Source of the DNA: an uncultured Phycisphaerales bacterium
Lineage (GTDB): Bacteria; Planctomycetota; Phycisphaerae; Tepidisphaerales; Tepidisphaeraceae
Assembly (NCBI GenBank): GCA_963755915.1
Contig: CAVWLP010000003.1
Coordinates: forward strand, 416,001 to 480,000
Reading direction: 5' to 3'
Length of the DNA stretch: 64,000 nt
Positions 10,478 to 22,155 of the stretch are shown here, piece after piece. The notes beneath the pieces were generated by a model, which saw nothing but the letters and a program-made list of their open reading frames with translations, searched no databases and had not been told where the DNA came from. Both the position numbers and the translations under genes were made by a program. Each line of letters begins with the position of its first letter. Positions within the stretch are counted from its first letter, which is position 1.

Positions 10478-11209
10478 ATGACCCAAACTTCGACCGCCGT
10501 TTCCCCGCAGGCCGGTGTTCGGCCGATCACCCGCCAGTTCGTGAACTTCGCGTGTTTCAAACTGGATCCGGCGTTTCGGCGCTTGCCAGACCTGGATAAG
10601 GAAAACGGACGGGCGGAATTTTCGCAGCTTTTCTCCCAGCCGCGGGAGGGATTGCTCTCTCTTTCCTACAGCACCATCGGCCTGCGGCCGGACGTGGATT
10701 TTGTCTTGTGGCGGATCTCCACCACCGTCGATGATTTTCAGGCCCAGACGCAGGCGATCAACCGCACGAAGCTCGGGGGATATCTTTCTACGCCGCACTC
10801 GTTTGTCTCGATGACCAAGCGGAGCATGTATATCGACAAGGTCGATCCGTTTCATACGGCCGAGAGCCGGACGCATATCATTCCCGGGCAGAGGAAGTAT
10901 CTGTTTATCTATCCGTTCGTGAAGACGCGGGCGTGGTATCTGCTGCCGCTCGACCAGCGGCAGGCGATCATGGACGTGCACATCAAGGTCGGGAACAAAT
11001 ACCCAAGCGTAAAGCTGAACACGACCTATAGCTTTGGCCTGGACGATCAGGATTTCGTGGTGGCCTTTGAGACGGATGAGCCTAAGGATTTTCTGGACCT
11101 GGTAATGGAGTTGCGGGAGACGGAGAGCAGTAAGTATACGCAGCGGGATACGCCGATTTTTACCTGCGTACAGATGGCGGTGGGGAAAATTCTGGAGCAG
11201 TTGTTTTAG
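10478..11209 (+). CDS. chlorite dismutase / coproheme decarboxylase (HemQ/ChdC) family protein
   Basis: FIYPFVKTRAWYLLP, HIKVG and YSFGLDDQDFVVAFE motifs. Confidence 0.9.
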   Translation: MTQTSTAVSPQAGVRPITRQFVNFACFKLDPAFRRLPDLDKENGRAEFSQLFSQPREGLLSLSYSTIGLRPDVDFVLWRISTTVDDFQAQTQAINRTKLGGYLSTPHSFVSMTKRSMYIDKVDPFHTAESRTHIIPGQRKYLFIYPFVKTRAWYLLPLDQRQAIMDVHIKVGNKYPSVKLNTTYSFGLDDQDFVVAFETDEPKDFLDLVMELRETESSKYTQRDTPIFTCVQMAVGKILEQLF

Positions 11210-11260
11210 GAGTCTCCGAGGCTATCGAAGAGCAGGGGTTTCAATCGCGCGGAAAAGTGT

Positions 11261-11773
11261 TCAGTCTGTCGGGGAATCGCTCTGGGCGGCGCCGGCGTAA
11301 TAACGACGGACGGATTTGGAGCAGAGGACGATGGCGATGAGCAGGGGAAGGGAGCACATATAGATGAGCCAGAAAGTTACCGGGTTTTCGTCGTCATGGT
11401 CCATGATAAGGAGGACGACATAGGCGGCGGTGAGGGCGAATTTGGAGGCGACATAGATGCCGAGCATTTCGTAGGGATTGAGCAAGCCGTGGCCTTTTGA
11501 GGTGAAGACGCGGATGGCGGCGATGAGGAGCCAGAGCATGGCGAGGGCGCAGAGGTAGAACTCGATCCGGTAGCAAAGTTCGAGGCCTGACAATTGGGAT
11601 GGGCGCATTGGGGGACTCATCCAGGAGAAGAATTCCATGGCGGTGTCGGCGAGGAGGCCGATGGAGGCGTAAATGATGCTGAGGATGGCGATGACCAGGA
11701 GGGACACGGGACGCTTGAGCTCGTGGTCTCGGGAGAGGTAGTTCAGGGGGATCGTGTTAGTAGTCGTGGTCAT
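11261..11773 (-). CDS. membrane protein
   Basis: 170 aa with about four hydrophobic helices. Confidence 0.7.
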   Translation of the reverse strand: MTTTTNTIPLNYLSRDHELKRPVSLLVIAILSIIYASIGLLADTAMEFFSWMSPPMRPSQLSGLELCYRIEFYLCALAMLWLLIAAIRVFTSKGHGLLNPYEMLGIYVASKFALTAAYVVLLIMDHDDENPVTFWLIYMCSLPLLIAIVLCSKSVRRYYAGAAQSDSPTD

Positions 11774-11982
11774 GTCTTTAGTAAATCGACTTGGGGTGGA
11801 GAGAGGTTGAGGAAATGAGGGGATTGGATGGACCTTGGGGGCGTGGGGAGGGGAGGAGGAGGATTTTTATCGGTTGCGGTCCCGAGGGCCGTGAGGTGGT
11901 GGGTGGGGATCGCGGATTGCGTTTGCTTTCTGGCTCGCTCTAATTCGAGGCTGGCACTGTTAGCGTTTCAGGTGGGAACGGG

Positions 11983-12606
11983 TTGGGCCTTGGGATGAGA
12001 AAAGCTAATCGCAGAGTTGTGGTGATAATCGCGCGGCGATCGAGAGCCCGATCGCGATGGGGTGATTTGCCGATGGCTGTAGTGGCGTTTTTGGCTGGGT
12101 TTGGACTTCCGGTGCTTATCTTGCTGATGGGGGTTTGTTGTTGGGCAGATCGGTATGGCAGAGGGTTTTTCACACCTGGGGCAGAGATGATTTCCCGGGC
12201 AAACGTGCTGATTGCGATTGCGGCGTTCGGGATGGTGGTGGCGGTTATTGGGAGAAAGATTCTGGGTGAAGGGTTGCCGTTTTATCCGCTGGCGAGCGGG
12301 GCGATTGCAGGGCTGGGGGTGAGTGTTTTGGTTGCGGTGCAATGCGTGCGTGCGGTGGAGCATGATTATGGGAGGCCGCTGCCGAATGGGGCGTCGACTT
12401 TTTGCGCGGTGTTGGCGGTTGAATTGGCTATTGTGGCGCCGATGCTTTACTTCGGGTTGGCGACGGGGTTGATTGAGATTGTGTTCCCTGCATCCTGGGC
12501 GAGGGAAGTGAAGGAGGAATCGGCAAGTTGCTGCGAAAAGTGTGGGTATGATTTGAGGGGGAATGAAAGCGGGGTTTGCCCGGAGTGTGGTCAGGCGATC
12601 AAGTGA
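11983..12606 (+). CDS. membrane protein with C-terminal Zn-ribbon
   Basis: TM helices and CEKCGYDLRGNESGVCPECG. Confidence 0.75.
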   Translation: MGLGMRKANRRVVVIIARRSRARSRWGDLPMAVVAFLAGFGLPVLILLMGVCCWADRYGRGFFTPGAEMISRANVLIAIAAFGMVVAVIGRKILGEGLPFYPLASGAIAGLGVSVLVAVQCVRAVEHDYGRPLPNGASTFCAVLAVELAIVAPMLYFGLATGLIEIVFPASWAREVKEESASCCEKCGYDLRGNESGVCPECGQAIK

Positions 12607-12873
12607 ACCCGCGGACTTCGGCGAACTCAGTCTCTTGTTCCCCACCTCTAGGCCGCCCCGAACGTCACCAGGGCAGCCATGTGTTCCCGCGGCGGAACCG
12701 CGTCCACCTATACGAGTCGCCGCCTCGTCTCGTCACCAAAACCGTAACCGATAAAAATCGCTCCCCCAATTCTTCCTGAAACTGCATAACGCATTAAATC
12801 AAACCCAGATCCCACCTTCACACCCCAAATTCCGCCCCCATCTCATCACTCCTCAACTTCGCCTTCCTCCTTC
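12604..12873. repeat. about 270-bp direct repeat, copy 1
   Basis: near-identical to 14440-14712. Confidence 0.9.
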
Positions 12874-12926
12874 GCGCCTCTGCGCGAACCTTCAGTCTTT
12901 GAATTTCTTTGGCGATCTCCGCGTTC

Positions 12927-14201
12927 TCAAGCGAAGCGGGCGGAATTCGGCAAGCTCAGTCGAGTCGTGAACATGAATTTTCTGGGCTGGCCCTCAACGG
13001 CCAATTGCTGCCATCTCCGCCTCCGCCAAACAAGCACTCCACACGCGCCCAATCCGATCAGAGACGAACCAGCCGGCTCCGGCACCGGCGAAAGCTCGAA
13101 CACCGTGCCGGCGCCGGACTCACCCCCGCTATAAGTTGTGCCGTAGAGGTTGCCGCTGCTGTCCATCACCACGCCGCCGCGAGGATCTGACCCGTCGTCA
13201 CCCCCATCAAACGAATAAAGCACCGTGGGCGTACCGCCGGTAATCGGCACAGAAAACACCTCGCCGTCGCTGTAGACGCCGCCAGACGTCGTTGTCCCGT
13301 ACAGAATTCCGTTGGAAAGGATCAGATCCCCATCAGGCCGGCCGCCGTCACTGCTATTGAACGGCCCGAGCAACGTGGGCGTCCCACCCCCAATCGGCAC
13401 CGAGAAAACGCCATTCTCTGTCGCACCGTATAAAGTACCATTCGAGAGAATCAAGCCCCCATCAGGGGAGTTCCCGTCGCTTCCGTTAAACGACGCCAGC
13501 ACGCTGTCATGCCCGCCCGAGGTCGATTCTGAAAAAACCGTCCCGTAGTTTTCATTCCCGCCCCCGGGCGTCGTGCCATAAAGAGTCCCGGCTGAGATGA
13601 TCAGGTCAGATTGCGGGAATGAACCCCCGGTCGTGCCGTTGAACACTGCCAGGTCAGAAATACTTCCACCGGCCAACGGAACTGAAAACACAACACCAAA
13701 CAAATGTGACAATGAAGTCCCCTCCATCGCTGTCCCGTAAAGTGTGCTGCCGGAAAGAACCAGGCCCGCCGAGGGGGAATCCCCGTTTGTCCCCGCCAGC
13801 GATGCCAGCACGGTCGGCGCACCGCCGGTGATGGGCTCGGAGAAGACCGTCCCGTCACCGCCATTGTCAACATCATGAGTGCCCCCCTGGCTTGCCGTAC
13901 CGTAAAGCGTATTGCCGACAAGAATCAGGTCACCCAAAGGATTCGCTCCGTTGGTGCCATCGAAGGAAGTAAGCACTGTCGGTGTGCCGCCTGTTGTGGG
14001 CAGTGAGAATACGTTGCCATCATTGCTGGAGTTACCGCCGCTCGTCGTACCCTACAGCGTGCCCCCCGAGAGAAGAAGACCGGCCGCGGGATTTGATCCA
14101 TCGGTGCCGTCAAATGGAGCAAGCGTCGTCAGCGTATACTGGCCAAACGCAGTCGAAGCCGTCACACATACGACAACAATCGCAGCTAACCGCCCCATCA
14201 T
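12927..14201 (-). CDS. choice-of-anchor (GloVer-type) tandem-repeat PEP-CTERM protein; in-frame TAG at 14052-14054
   Basis: signal peptide from ATG 14201, repeated TLYGTT..GG...GTVFS units, C-terminal VPEP-TM-RRRR. Confidence 0.85.
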
Positions 14202-14439
14202 CAGTCTCCCGCTCCAAACTCCAGTTTCCCATGCGTGGTACTTACCCCAAACAACTTACCAAATGGCGGAGTCCTATTCCACAAAATCCGCTCTATGCCA
14301 TCCAGCAAGCCGCAACCCTCACAAAGACCCTCTAAACACTTTTTCTGCAGTCTAACCCCCGGGCCACCAGAATCGCGCCCAAATTCGGCCGCCGCCGCCT
14401 TGAAGCCCCCGGCACTTCGTGGCAGGTCAACTTGCTCTT

Positions 14440-14712
14440 TGAACCCCCGCGGACTTCGGCGATCTCAGTCTCTTGTTCCTCACCTCTAGGCCGCCCCGAC
14501 CGTCACCAGGGCAGCCATGTGTTCCCGCAGCGGAACCGCGTCCACCTATTCGAGTCGCCGCCTCGTCTCGTCACCAAAACCGTAACCGATAAAAATCGCT
14601 CCCCCCAATTCTTCCTGAAACTGCATAACGCATTAAATCAAACCCAGATCCTACCCTCACACCCCAAATTCCGCCCCCATCTCATCACTCCTCAACTTCG
14701 CCCTCCTCCTTC
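14440..14712. repeat. about 270-bp direct repeat, copy 2
   Basis: near-identical to 12604-12873; overlaps the 3' end of the HTH gene. Confidence 0.9.
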
Positions 14713-15124
14713 TCGTCTTCGTCGCACTCTCCGTCGCCAGCTCATCCGCCTCCGTATTCTTCTCTTCCTCCTTCTCGATCATTCCCATCCCCTTCAGCAG
14801 CGCCAGTCCCGCCTTCGCATCCCCCGCCTCCAGCGCCTTTTCCACCGCGCTCGTCGCCTTGTCCAGCATCATCTTCAATCTCGATCGGCAGCTCTCCTTC
14901 ATCGCCTCATGCCACTGGTTATACGCCGCCCTGAACGCCGCATCGTTCTTCATCCAGCGGTAGATCGCGTTCCTTGAAACCCCCACCGTCCGCGCCGTCT
15001 CCGCCAGCGACTTCCCCCCCAGCAGCAGTTCCAGCGCACTCCTCTGTTCCCCCGTTAGCTCATCCAAATCCATCCGCGCCAGCGCGCCTCCGTTTGTCGT
15101 CCCCTCACCCTCTGCTACCGACAT
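14657..15124 (-). CDS. helix-turn-helix protein (phBC6A51/terminase-small-like)
   Basis: LTGEQRSALELLLGGKSLAETARTVGVSRNAIYRW..D.AF pattern. Confidence 0.7.
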   Translation of the reverse strand: MSVAEGEGTTNGGALARMDLDELTGEQRSALELLLGGKSLAETARTVGVSRNAIYRWMKNDAAFRAAYNQWHEAMKESCRSRLKMMLDKATSAVEKALEAGDAKAGLALLKGMGMIEKEEEKNTEADELATESATKTRRRRAKLRSDEMGAEFGV

Positions 15125-15460
15125 AAGCCCACCACCTTTCCAGTGAATTGATAACCTAACATTAACCTAACCGCATCGACAACGCAAGAAAAAAAATCAA
15201 CAAAAAGAGTACCTCCCTCTTGCCGCCCACGCCTCCACGCAATTTTCCATAAAACGGAGCGCCCTTCCCCGCGCCCGCACTCCCAAAAACCGTCCAACCT
15301 CCTTAAACCCCAAACCCCAAACAGGTTGCAAAACACGACTAAGCTAGTATTCGCTAATAAAAATCCGAAAAGCGCTCCGTTCTGTTCCGTTGCGCCGAAA
15401 TGGAACCACCCGGCCATTTGCGATACCTTTCCCACAGCCAAATTCATTAAGGAGATACGG

Positions 15461-17434
15461 ATGCTGCGTATTTTGGCGGTGCTGGGATTGGTGCTTGGAC
15501 AGGCTGCCGCAGTCTGGGGCGACTCCGTACGCCTCGAGGACTTGTCCCTCGATGGAATCCGCCAGGATTGGGGCAAGCCGCAGGCGGATAAGAGTGTGGT
15601 GGGGAATCCGATCACCATCGGCGGCGCTTCGTTTGACCACGGCGTCGGGGGACATGCGAATTTCGTCTGGGTGATCGATCTGGGAGGGAATGGGCAGAGG
15701 TTTACGGCGAAAGTGGGGATTGATGATGACGTGAAGAGCGACGAGGATTCGCGGAGGGCGCGGGTGCAGTTTTCGGTGATTGGGGATCACACGGCGCTCT
15801 ATTCCTCCGGCTGGATGCACGCAGGAGACGCTGCGAAGAGCATCGATATTGATGTGCGCGGCGTCAGGTTCTTGATCCTCAAGGCCAGTGCGCGGGGATC
15901 CATCGATTTTGACCATGCGGACTGGGGAGATGCGCAGATTACCTTTACGGGGAAGGCGCCGGTGACGGTGGCCGCGCCGGTGGAGAAGGGCGAAGTTCTA
16001 ACCCCCCCACCGCCGGCAACGCCAAGAATAAATGGGGCGCGCGTCCTGGGCGTTCGGCCCGGGCATCCGGTTTTGTATACGATCGCCGCCACCGGGCAGC
16101 GGCCGATGACGTTCTCGGCCGAGAACCTTCCCGACGGGCTTTCCGTCGATCCGGAAAGCGGGAGGATTACCGGGAGCCTTTCAAAAGGCGGGGAATATCT
16201 GATTCGGCTGAAAGCTTCCAACGCGCTGGGGAGTGCACAGCGGAATTTGAAATTGGAGGTGGGGGACAAGATCGCGCTGACGCCACCGATGGGGTGGAAT
16301 AGCTGGAACTGTTTTGCGCAGGCGGTGAGCGATAAGAAAGTGAGGGCGGCCGCGGATGCGATGGTGAGCTCGGGGCTGATCGAGCATGGGTGGACGTATA
16401 TCAATATCGATGATTGCTGGGAGGTTCGGGCGTCGGAGCCGGCGGAGAAACGGCGGGCGGCGGATGGGCATATTCTCACGAATGCGAAGTTTCCGGATAT
16501 GCGAGCGCTGGCGGATTATGTGCATTCGAAGGGACTGCGGGTGGGGCTTTATTCTTCGCCGGGGCCGGAGACGTGCGGGGGGTTTACGGCCAGCTATCAG
16601 TATGAGGAAAAGGATGCCGAGCAATATGCGGCCTGGGGGTTTGATTATCTGAAGTATGACTGGTGCTCCTATGGGAGAATCGCGGACAAGATCAAGGCGC
16701 AGGCAAATCCGCCATCACAGCTAGATATATTTCGGGCCCCTTACCTGGTGATGCGCGATGCGCTGCTGCGGCAGGATCGGGATATTTTTTTCAGCTTCTG
16801 CCAGTATGGGATGGGGGATGTGTGGGAGTGGGGAGCGGCGGCCGGAGGGAATTGCTGGAGGACGACCGGCGACATTACGGATACGTGGGAGAGCATGTCG
16901 AGCAATGGATTTAACTCCGCGGGGCATGAGAAGTATGCGGGGCCGGGGCATTGGAATGATCCGGATATGCTCGTGGTCGGGATGGTGGGATGGGGGCCAT
17001 CGCTGCATAAGACAAAGCTGACGCCGAATGAGCAGTACACGCATATTTCGCTGTGGTGTTTGCTTTCGTCGCCGCTGCTGATTGGGTGCGATATGACGCA
17101 GCTAGATGATTTCACGAAGGGGCTGCTGACGAATGATGAAGTTTTGGCAGTGAATCAGGATCCGCTGGGGCGGCAGGCGGGACGGGTGTTTCAGGATTTG
17201 GATAGCGAGGTTTGGGCCAAGAAATTGGCGGATGGGGGGATGGCGGTGGGACTGTTCAATCGCGGGGAGTTGCCGGAGACGGTGATGGTGAGGTGGTCAC
17301 AATTGGGGCTTAGTGGGAAACAAGCGGTGAGGGATTTGTGGAGGCAGAAGGACGTGGGGGTGTTTGAGGATGGGTTTCAGGCGGAAGTGCCGCGGCATGG
17401 GGTGGTTTTGGTGAAAATCGCGCCTGGCTCGTAG
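15461..17434 (+). CDS. GH27 alpha-galactosidase with NPCBM and putative Ig domains
   Basis: TPPMGWNSWN, INIDDCW, DYLKYDWC and WNDPDML motifs; signal peptide. Confidence 0.93.
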   Translation: MLRILAVLGLVLGQAAAVWGDSVRLEDLSLDGIRQDWGKPQADKSVVGNPITIGGASFDHGVGGHANFVWVIDLGGNGQRFTAKVGIDDDVKSDEDSRRARVQFSVIGDHTALYSSGWMHAGDAAKSIDIDVRGVRFLILKASARGSIDFDHADWGDAQITFTGKAPVTVAAPVEKGEVLTPPPPATPRINGARVLGVRPGHPVLYTIAATGQRPMTFSAENLPDGLSVDPESGRITGSLSKGGEYLIRLKASNALGSAQRNLKLEVGDKIALTPPMGWNSWNCFAQAVSDKKVRAAADAMVSSGLIEHGWTYINIDDCWEVRASEPAEKRRAADGHILTNAKFPDMRALADYVHSKGLRVGLYSSPGPETCGGFTASYQYEEKDAEQYAAWGFDYLKYDWCSYGRIADKIKAQANPPSQLDIFRAPYLVMRDALLRQDRDIFFSFCQYGMGDVWEWGAAAGGNCWRTTGDITDTWESMSSNGFNSAGHEKYAGPGHWNDPDMLVVGMVGWGPSLHKTKLTPNEQYTHISLWCLLSSPLLIGCDMTQLDDFTKGLLTNDEVLAVNQDPLGRQAGRVFQDLDSEVWAKKLADGGMAVGLFNRGELPETVMVRWSQLGLSGKQAVRDLWRQKDVGVFEDGFQAEVPRHGVVLVKIAPGS

Positions 17435-17443
17435 CGGTGCGAT

Positions 17444-19040
17444 CTACGGCTGCGTTGTGGCGGATTGGTATTGGGCTTCGAGGCGCAGCTCTTCGAGCTG
17501 GGTTGGAGAGGTGAAGACCGTTGCGTCAGCGTGCTCGCCGAGAAGTTTGAATTGGTGGAAGGCTTCCTGGTATTGGCCGCACCAGGTGGCGTCGCGGGCG
17601 AAGAGGGTGCGGACGTAATAATCTTTTGGAAACAGGTACAGAGTCGGAACGTAGCTTGCGCAGACGTCGGGCCAGACGGCAGGGTTGTCGTGGAAATATT
17701 GGCGGTCGGGTCTGAGGCTGTAGCCAGAATTGCTGTATTGGGAGAGAGCGGCGTGGGCGTCGGCAAGCTGCAGGGGTATGCCTGAGGCGTAGTTCTGGGT
17801 GGCGACGCACTCGTGGCCGAAATCGATCATGGCCTGATAGCTGCCGTACCACTTGGGTTCAAGGTAATACATCCTGGAGGTGTAGGGCTGCGTGTTATCG
17901 GGATTGGCCTGCGTGGCAATGGTGAACCATTTGTCGAGTTCGGCCTGTCCGGAGCCATCGCCGAGGACGACGCTCATCATTTGAAGCGAGGCGAAATCAT
18001 CAAAGGAATCGAGCCTGGAGGCATCCGAGAGGCACTGGCGCGGTGTTGAGACAATCCTGCATGCGGCGTGCGCCATCGGTGGTGACGGTGCTCGCCCAAC
18101 CAGAGCCGCGGGCGTCCCAGGCCAGGTCGATGTACGTGGCGCCCTTAAAGTCGAGCGGAATAGGGCTGTTGGGCAAAGCGGCGGAGATGACGGGGAAGAT
18201 GGTATCAACGGCTTTGGCGCGATCACCGGTGCATTGCCAATAATCGTATTGGAGGAGGTCGACGATTTCGACCAGATGTCCCGGCGGCATTTTGGGCTCG
18301 GCGCAAACTGCGGGAAAGAGGGCGAGGGCGGCGTTGAGATGTTCGAGATCCTGCTTTATCTGGGCGGCACTAAGCTTGGAGGGAGGTGGCGCATCGGGGA
18401 AGGTTGACTGAACCGCATAAAGCAATGCGAAGCACTTTCGGATGGCCGGATAATTGGAATTCACGACCGCGTCGGCAGCGGGGATCAGGTGGTCGGGATC
18501 TTTTTGGCCGCTGATTTTCTGCTTGGCACGAAGGTGGAAATAGACAAAGAGCGGATCGTTGCACCCTTCCTTTTGCGCTTTCTGAAATAGATCCAGATCG
18601 GGTTTCAGCTTGATGAAGGAGAGAATGGCCAGGAGCGCATCGTTGTCCCATGCGGGGTTGTGCGAGCCGACCTTCTGATAAGCGCTGCGAGTGCAATCCT
18701 CGTCCCATTTATCGCTGGCCGCTGCAAGCTGGGTTTGATGGGCGCGGGCCGCGTGATTGCGGTCGATCATCGCGGCGACATCGGCGCGGACGTCGGCGGG
18801 GAGATCGCCGAACTGGTGCGAGAGATCCTCCCTGGCAATCGGAAGCGCTTCTTCGGGGAATCCGCGGATGATGCGCTCGCCGGAATCGAGGGTGTCGGGT
18901 GAACGGAGCATAGCCATCACCTGATCGACGCCGGGCTTGTAGTTAAGCTGCGGTTGAGTGGTCGGGGCGTCATCGGCGAGGGAGGGGGCGATAGCGAGAA
19001 GAAGCGTGGCCAGGAAGGAAGGGATAACGCGAAGTGTCAT
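17444..19040 (-). CDS. secreted DUF4034-like protein (frameshift near 18040)
   Basis: signal peptide; AWDARGSGWASTV and YLEPKWYGS motifs in consecutive frames. Confidence 0.7.
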
Positions 19041-19217
19041 TAGGAACTTCCCTTTTCAATGTAATGGGATTTGACCCGATAACGGTGTAAATGGGCAAGA
19101 AAATAGGGGCGCAGCAACAAATTGCACGGGAAATTATGGTTGTGGTGGCGTGTTTATGATATATTAGGGGGGTCAAATCTTTGGTCGGGTGAAGAAATTC
19201 AAATCTGGGAGGACGTC

Positions 19218-19720
19218 ATGAATGAAGGACGACCTGGTTTTCCGGCTCAGGGGAATCCTACGGTAGCGCCGGTCTTGCGGCCCGCAGTCTCGCATGGGGG
19301 AATGACGCCGGGCGGCGTTTCTTCGGGTGGGATGTCGTTGCGTCCGGCGGCGGTTGTGGCGCCACCACCGACGCGGCCGGTGATTGATGAGCCGCTGGAG
19401 TTGGTGGAGGAGAAGCCGGAAGCGGCGACGCCGGGGCGCCGGCGGAAGCGCCGAAGAGCAAGATTCATGGGATCACGGCGGCGGTGGGGATTGCGCAGCA
19501 CACTTACAAGCGGCCGACAAATCTGAATAAGTGCGGAGCCGTGCGCATGCGGACGTTTCACTGCCGGCTGAGCGAACAGGGGGTGGATTATCTCGACCAG
19601 GCGATCAACGACTGGCTCGAGGCGCATCCGGATATTGAGGTCAAGTTCACCACGAGCACGGTGGGGATGTGGGATGGGAAGTTGAAGGAGCCGTCGTTGA
19701 TACTCAATGTGTGGTATTGA
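19218..19720 (+). CDS. conserved hypothetical protein (frameshift near 19440)
   Basis: SD ggagg before ATG 19218; C-terminal RMRTFHCRLSEQGVDYLDQAINDWLEAHPDIEVKF domain. Confidence 0.65.
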
Positions 19721-19752
19721 GGAGGGTGTGAAAGTATGAAAGGGGTGTGGGG

Positions 19753-22017
19753 TCAGGCCTTCTGCGTTTTGGCAGCCCACATTGTTTTGTAGGCGGATTC
19801 GATGTCCTGGGTGAAGGCGCGGGGGTTCATCAGGTTGGATTGGCGCATTTTTCTCTTAGCGATTGGCGGAGGTGGGAGAGGTGTGGGAGATCTTGCGCTA
19901 GTTGGGTGGCGATATCGATATAGTCGTCCGGGGATTTCGCGATGAGCTGGGGGAGATCGAGATTCGTCAGGTGGCTGGCGCCGGCGCGGGAGACGGGGGA
20001 ATTGCCCGGCAGGGTGATGACGGGGACGCCCATGAAGAGAGAGTCGAGGCTGGTGGTGTGGCCGTTGTAGGGGAAGGTGTCGAGGGTGATGTCGATCTGG
20101 TGGTAAAGGCGCAGATAGTCGGGCGCAGGGCTTGATTGGCGAAATTGATTCGGGCGGGGTTGATGCCTTGGGATTCGAACTTGGCCTGGAGGCGCGTGCG
20201 GGCGGAACCGCGCGGGGCGAGGATTAAAAGGCGGGAATTTTCGACTTTTTGGAGGAGGCGGGACCAGAGGGTGGTGACCTCGTCGTTGAGTTTGCAGAAA
20301 TTGTTCAGGGAGCCGAAGGTGATTTGGCCGGTCTCCATCGCGGGGAGAGCGTTTATCTGCGCGTCGCAATTGAACGTCATGGCCAGTTCGTCGTAGCACC
20401 AGAAGCTGGCGAGGCGGATGGGGGTTTCGGTGTAGTGCGGGTTGGCGGAATCCAGCGGATCGAGCTGGAGATCGGTGAGGCGGTAGTCCATTGCATTCAG
20501 GCCGGTGCCGGAAGGGTAGCCGGCGAAGGAGACCTGGATGGGGGCGGGGTTTGCGGCGAATGTCAGGAGACGATTGGAGCAAAGGTGCAGGGAGAGGTCG
20601 ATGAGGATGTCGATTTTGTCGGTGCGGATTTGAGCGGCCAGCGCGTCGTCGGTCATGGTGGCGGTGGTGCGCCAGTGGTCGGAGTAGGCCCAGAATTTTT
20701 CGGTGATGGAGTCTGTGCGCGGGGAGTCGTCGTAGCAGAAGATCTCGAATCGGCGGTGGTCGTGCTCGCGCAGGAGGGGGAGGATATTTAGGCCGACGAC
20801 GTGGTTGTTGAAGTTGGGGGAGACGTAGCCGATTCGCAACCGTGGTTCACTACCCCCTCCCCTGCCCTCCCCCGAAGTACCGGGGGCGGGGGTAAGAGTA
20901 AGAGTGGAAAGTGGCGCGTGGATGCGCTGCCATTCGGCTTGCTCGCGCAGGATTGTTTCGGGGTTGTGGTCGGGGTGGAAGTGAAGGAGGTAAATCAGGT
21001 TGCTGTGGGCGGCGTGATTGGGGCGAATTTCTATCGAGCGGTGCGCGGAAGTAATTGCTTCGTCCAGGCGGCCCTGATCTTTGAGCACCACCGCCAGGTT
21101 GGCGTGGGCTTCGGCGTAGTGGGGTTCCAGTTCGATGGCGCGGCGGTAGTGGGTTTCGGCGGAGTCGAGGTCGCCGGTATCGCGCAGGGCGTTGGCGAGA
21201 GTATTGTGGGCCTGCGGGAAATCGGGATTTAATTCCAGGGCGCGGGTGGCGACGGCGATGGAGTCTTTGAAATTGCCCGATTCCCAGAGGGCGACGGCGA
21301 GGTTGTTCCGGGCCTGGTGGAAATTGGGGTTCAGGTCGATCGCGCGGGTGTAGGCGGCGATCGATTCGGGAAGGCGGCCGAGGGATCGGAGGGTATTGGC
21401 GAGGTTGTTTTGGGTTTCGGCGTCGCTCGGGTGAAGGCGAAGGGAATGGCGGAGGGATATCAAAGATTCGCTAAGGTCGCCGAGTTCGCGCTGGGCGATG
21501 CCCAGGTTGGCGTGGGCCTGCGCGTAGTTTGGTTTCAGGGAGAGGGCGCGGCGGGAATGCGTAGCGGATTCTTCGAATTTGCCGGCGGCAAGGAGAGCGT
21601 TGGCGAGGTTGTTGTGGGCTTCAGGAAAATCGGGGTTCAGGCGGATCGCTTCGCGGAAGGCGGTGGTGGCTTCGGGGAGGCGGGATGCGGCGCGGAGGGC
21701 TACGCCGAGGTTGTTTTCGGCTTCGGCGAAGTTTGGGTTGAGCTCAATGGCGCGGGTGTAGGAAGCGATGGCGAGGGCGAGCTGGCCGAGGGATTTTGGA
21801 CGCGGCCGAGGGTTTCGAAGAAGGGGGCGGCGGGTTTCAGCTCTATCGCGCGGGTGATGAGGGGGATGGCTTTTTGAGGATCGTTCATCTGGGCGAGGAC
21901 GGCGCCTAGCAGATGCAGGGCATCGGGATTGCGGGGGTTGTCGTCGACGATCTGACGGAGGACGGCGGCGGCCTGGAGGAGGTGGCCAGCCTGGTAGTGG
22001 CGGAGGACGGTGCGCAT
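19753..22017 (-). CDS. TPR O-GlcNAc transferase (GT41/SPINDLY family), several frameshifts
   Basis: many TPRs; LRIGYVSPNF, FGSLNNFCKL and LDTFPYNGHTTSLDSLFMGVPV motifs. Confidence 0.88.
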
Positions 22018-22155
22018 GGGGTCGAGGGGAGCGTGCTCACCGGCGGGTGGGGACGGGGGGTGCAATTTGCTTTCAGACTGGCATAAACTCAAAATAGGTC
22101 CTGTTCGAAGTTTACTTATCGGCAGGCGAGCGGCGGATTCGAGAGAACTCCTTTT

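Noticed and set aside
9536-10981. 481-aa version of the hydrolase ORF
   Set aside because: The N-terminal extension is antisense to the Cld/HemQ gene and crosses the inverted repeat
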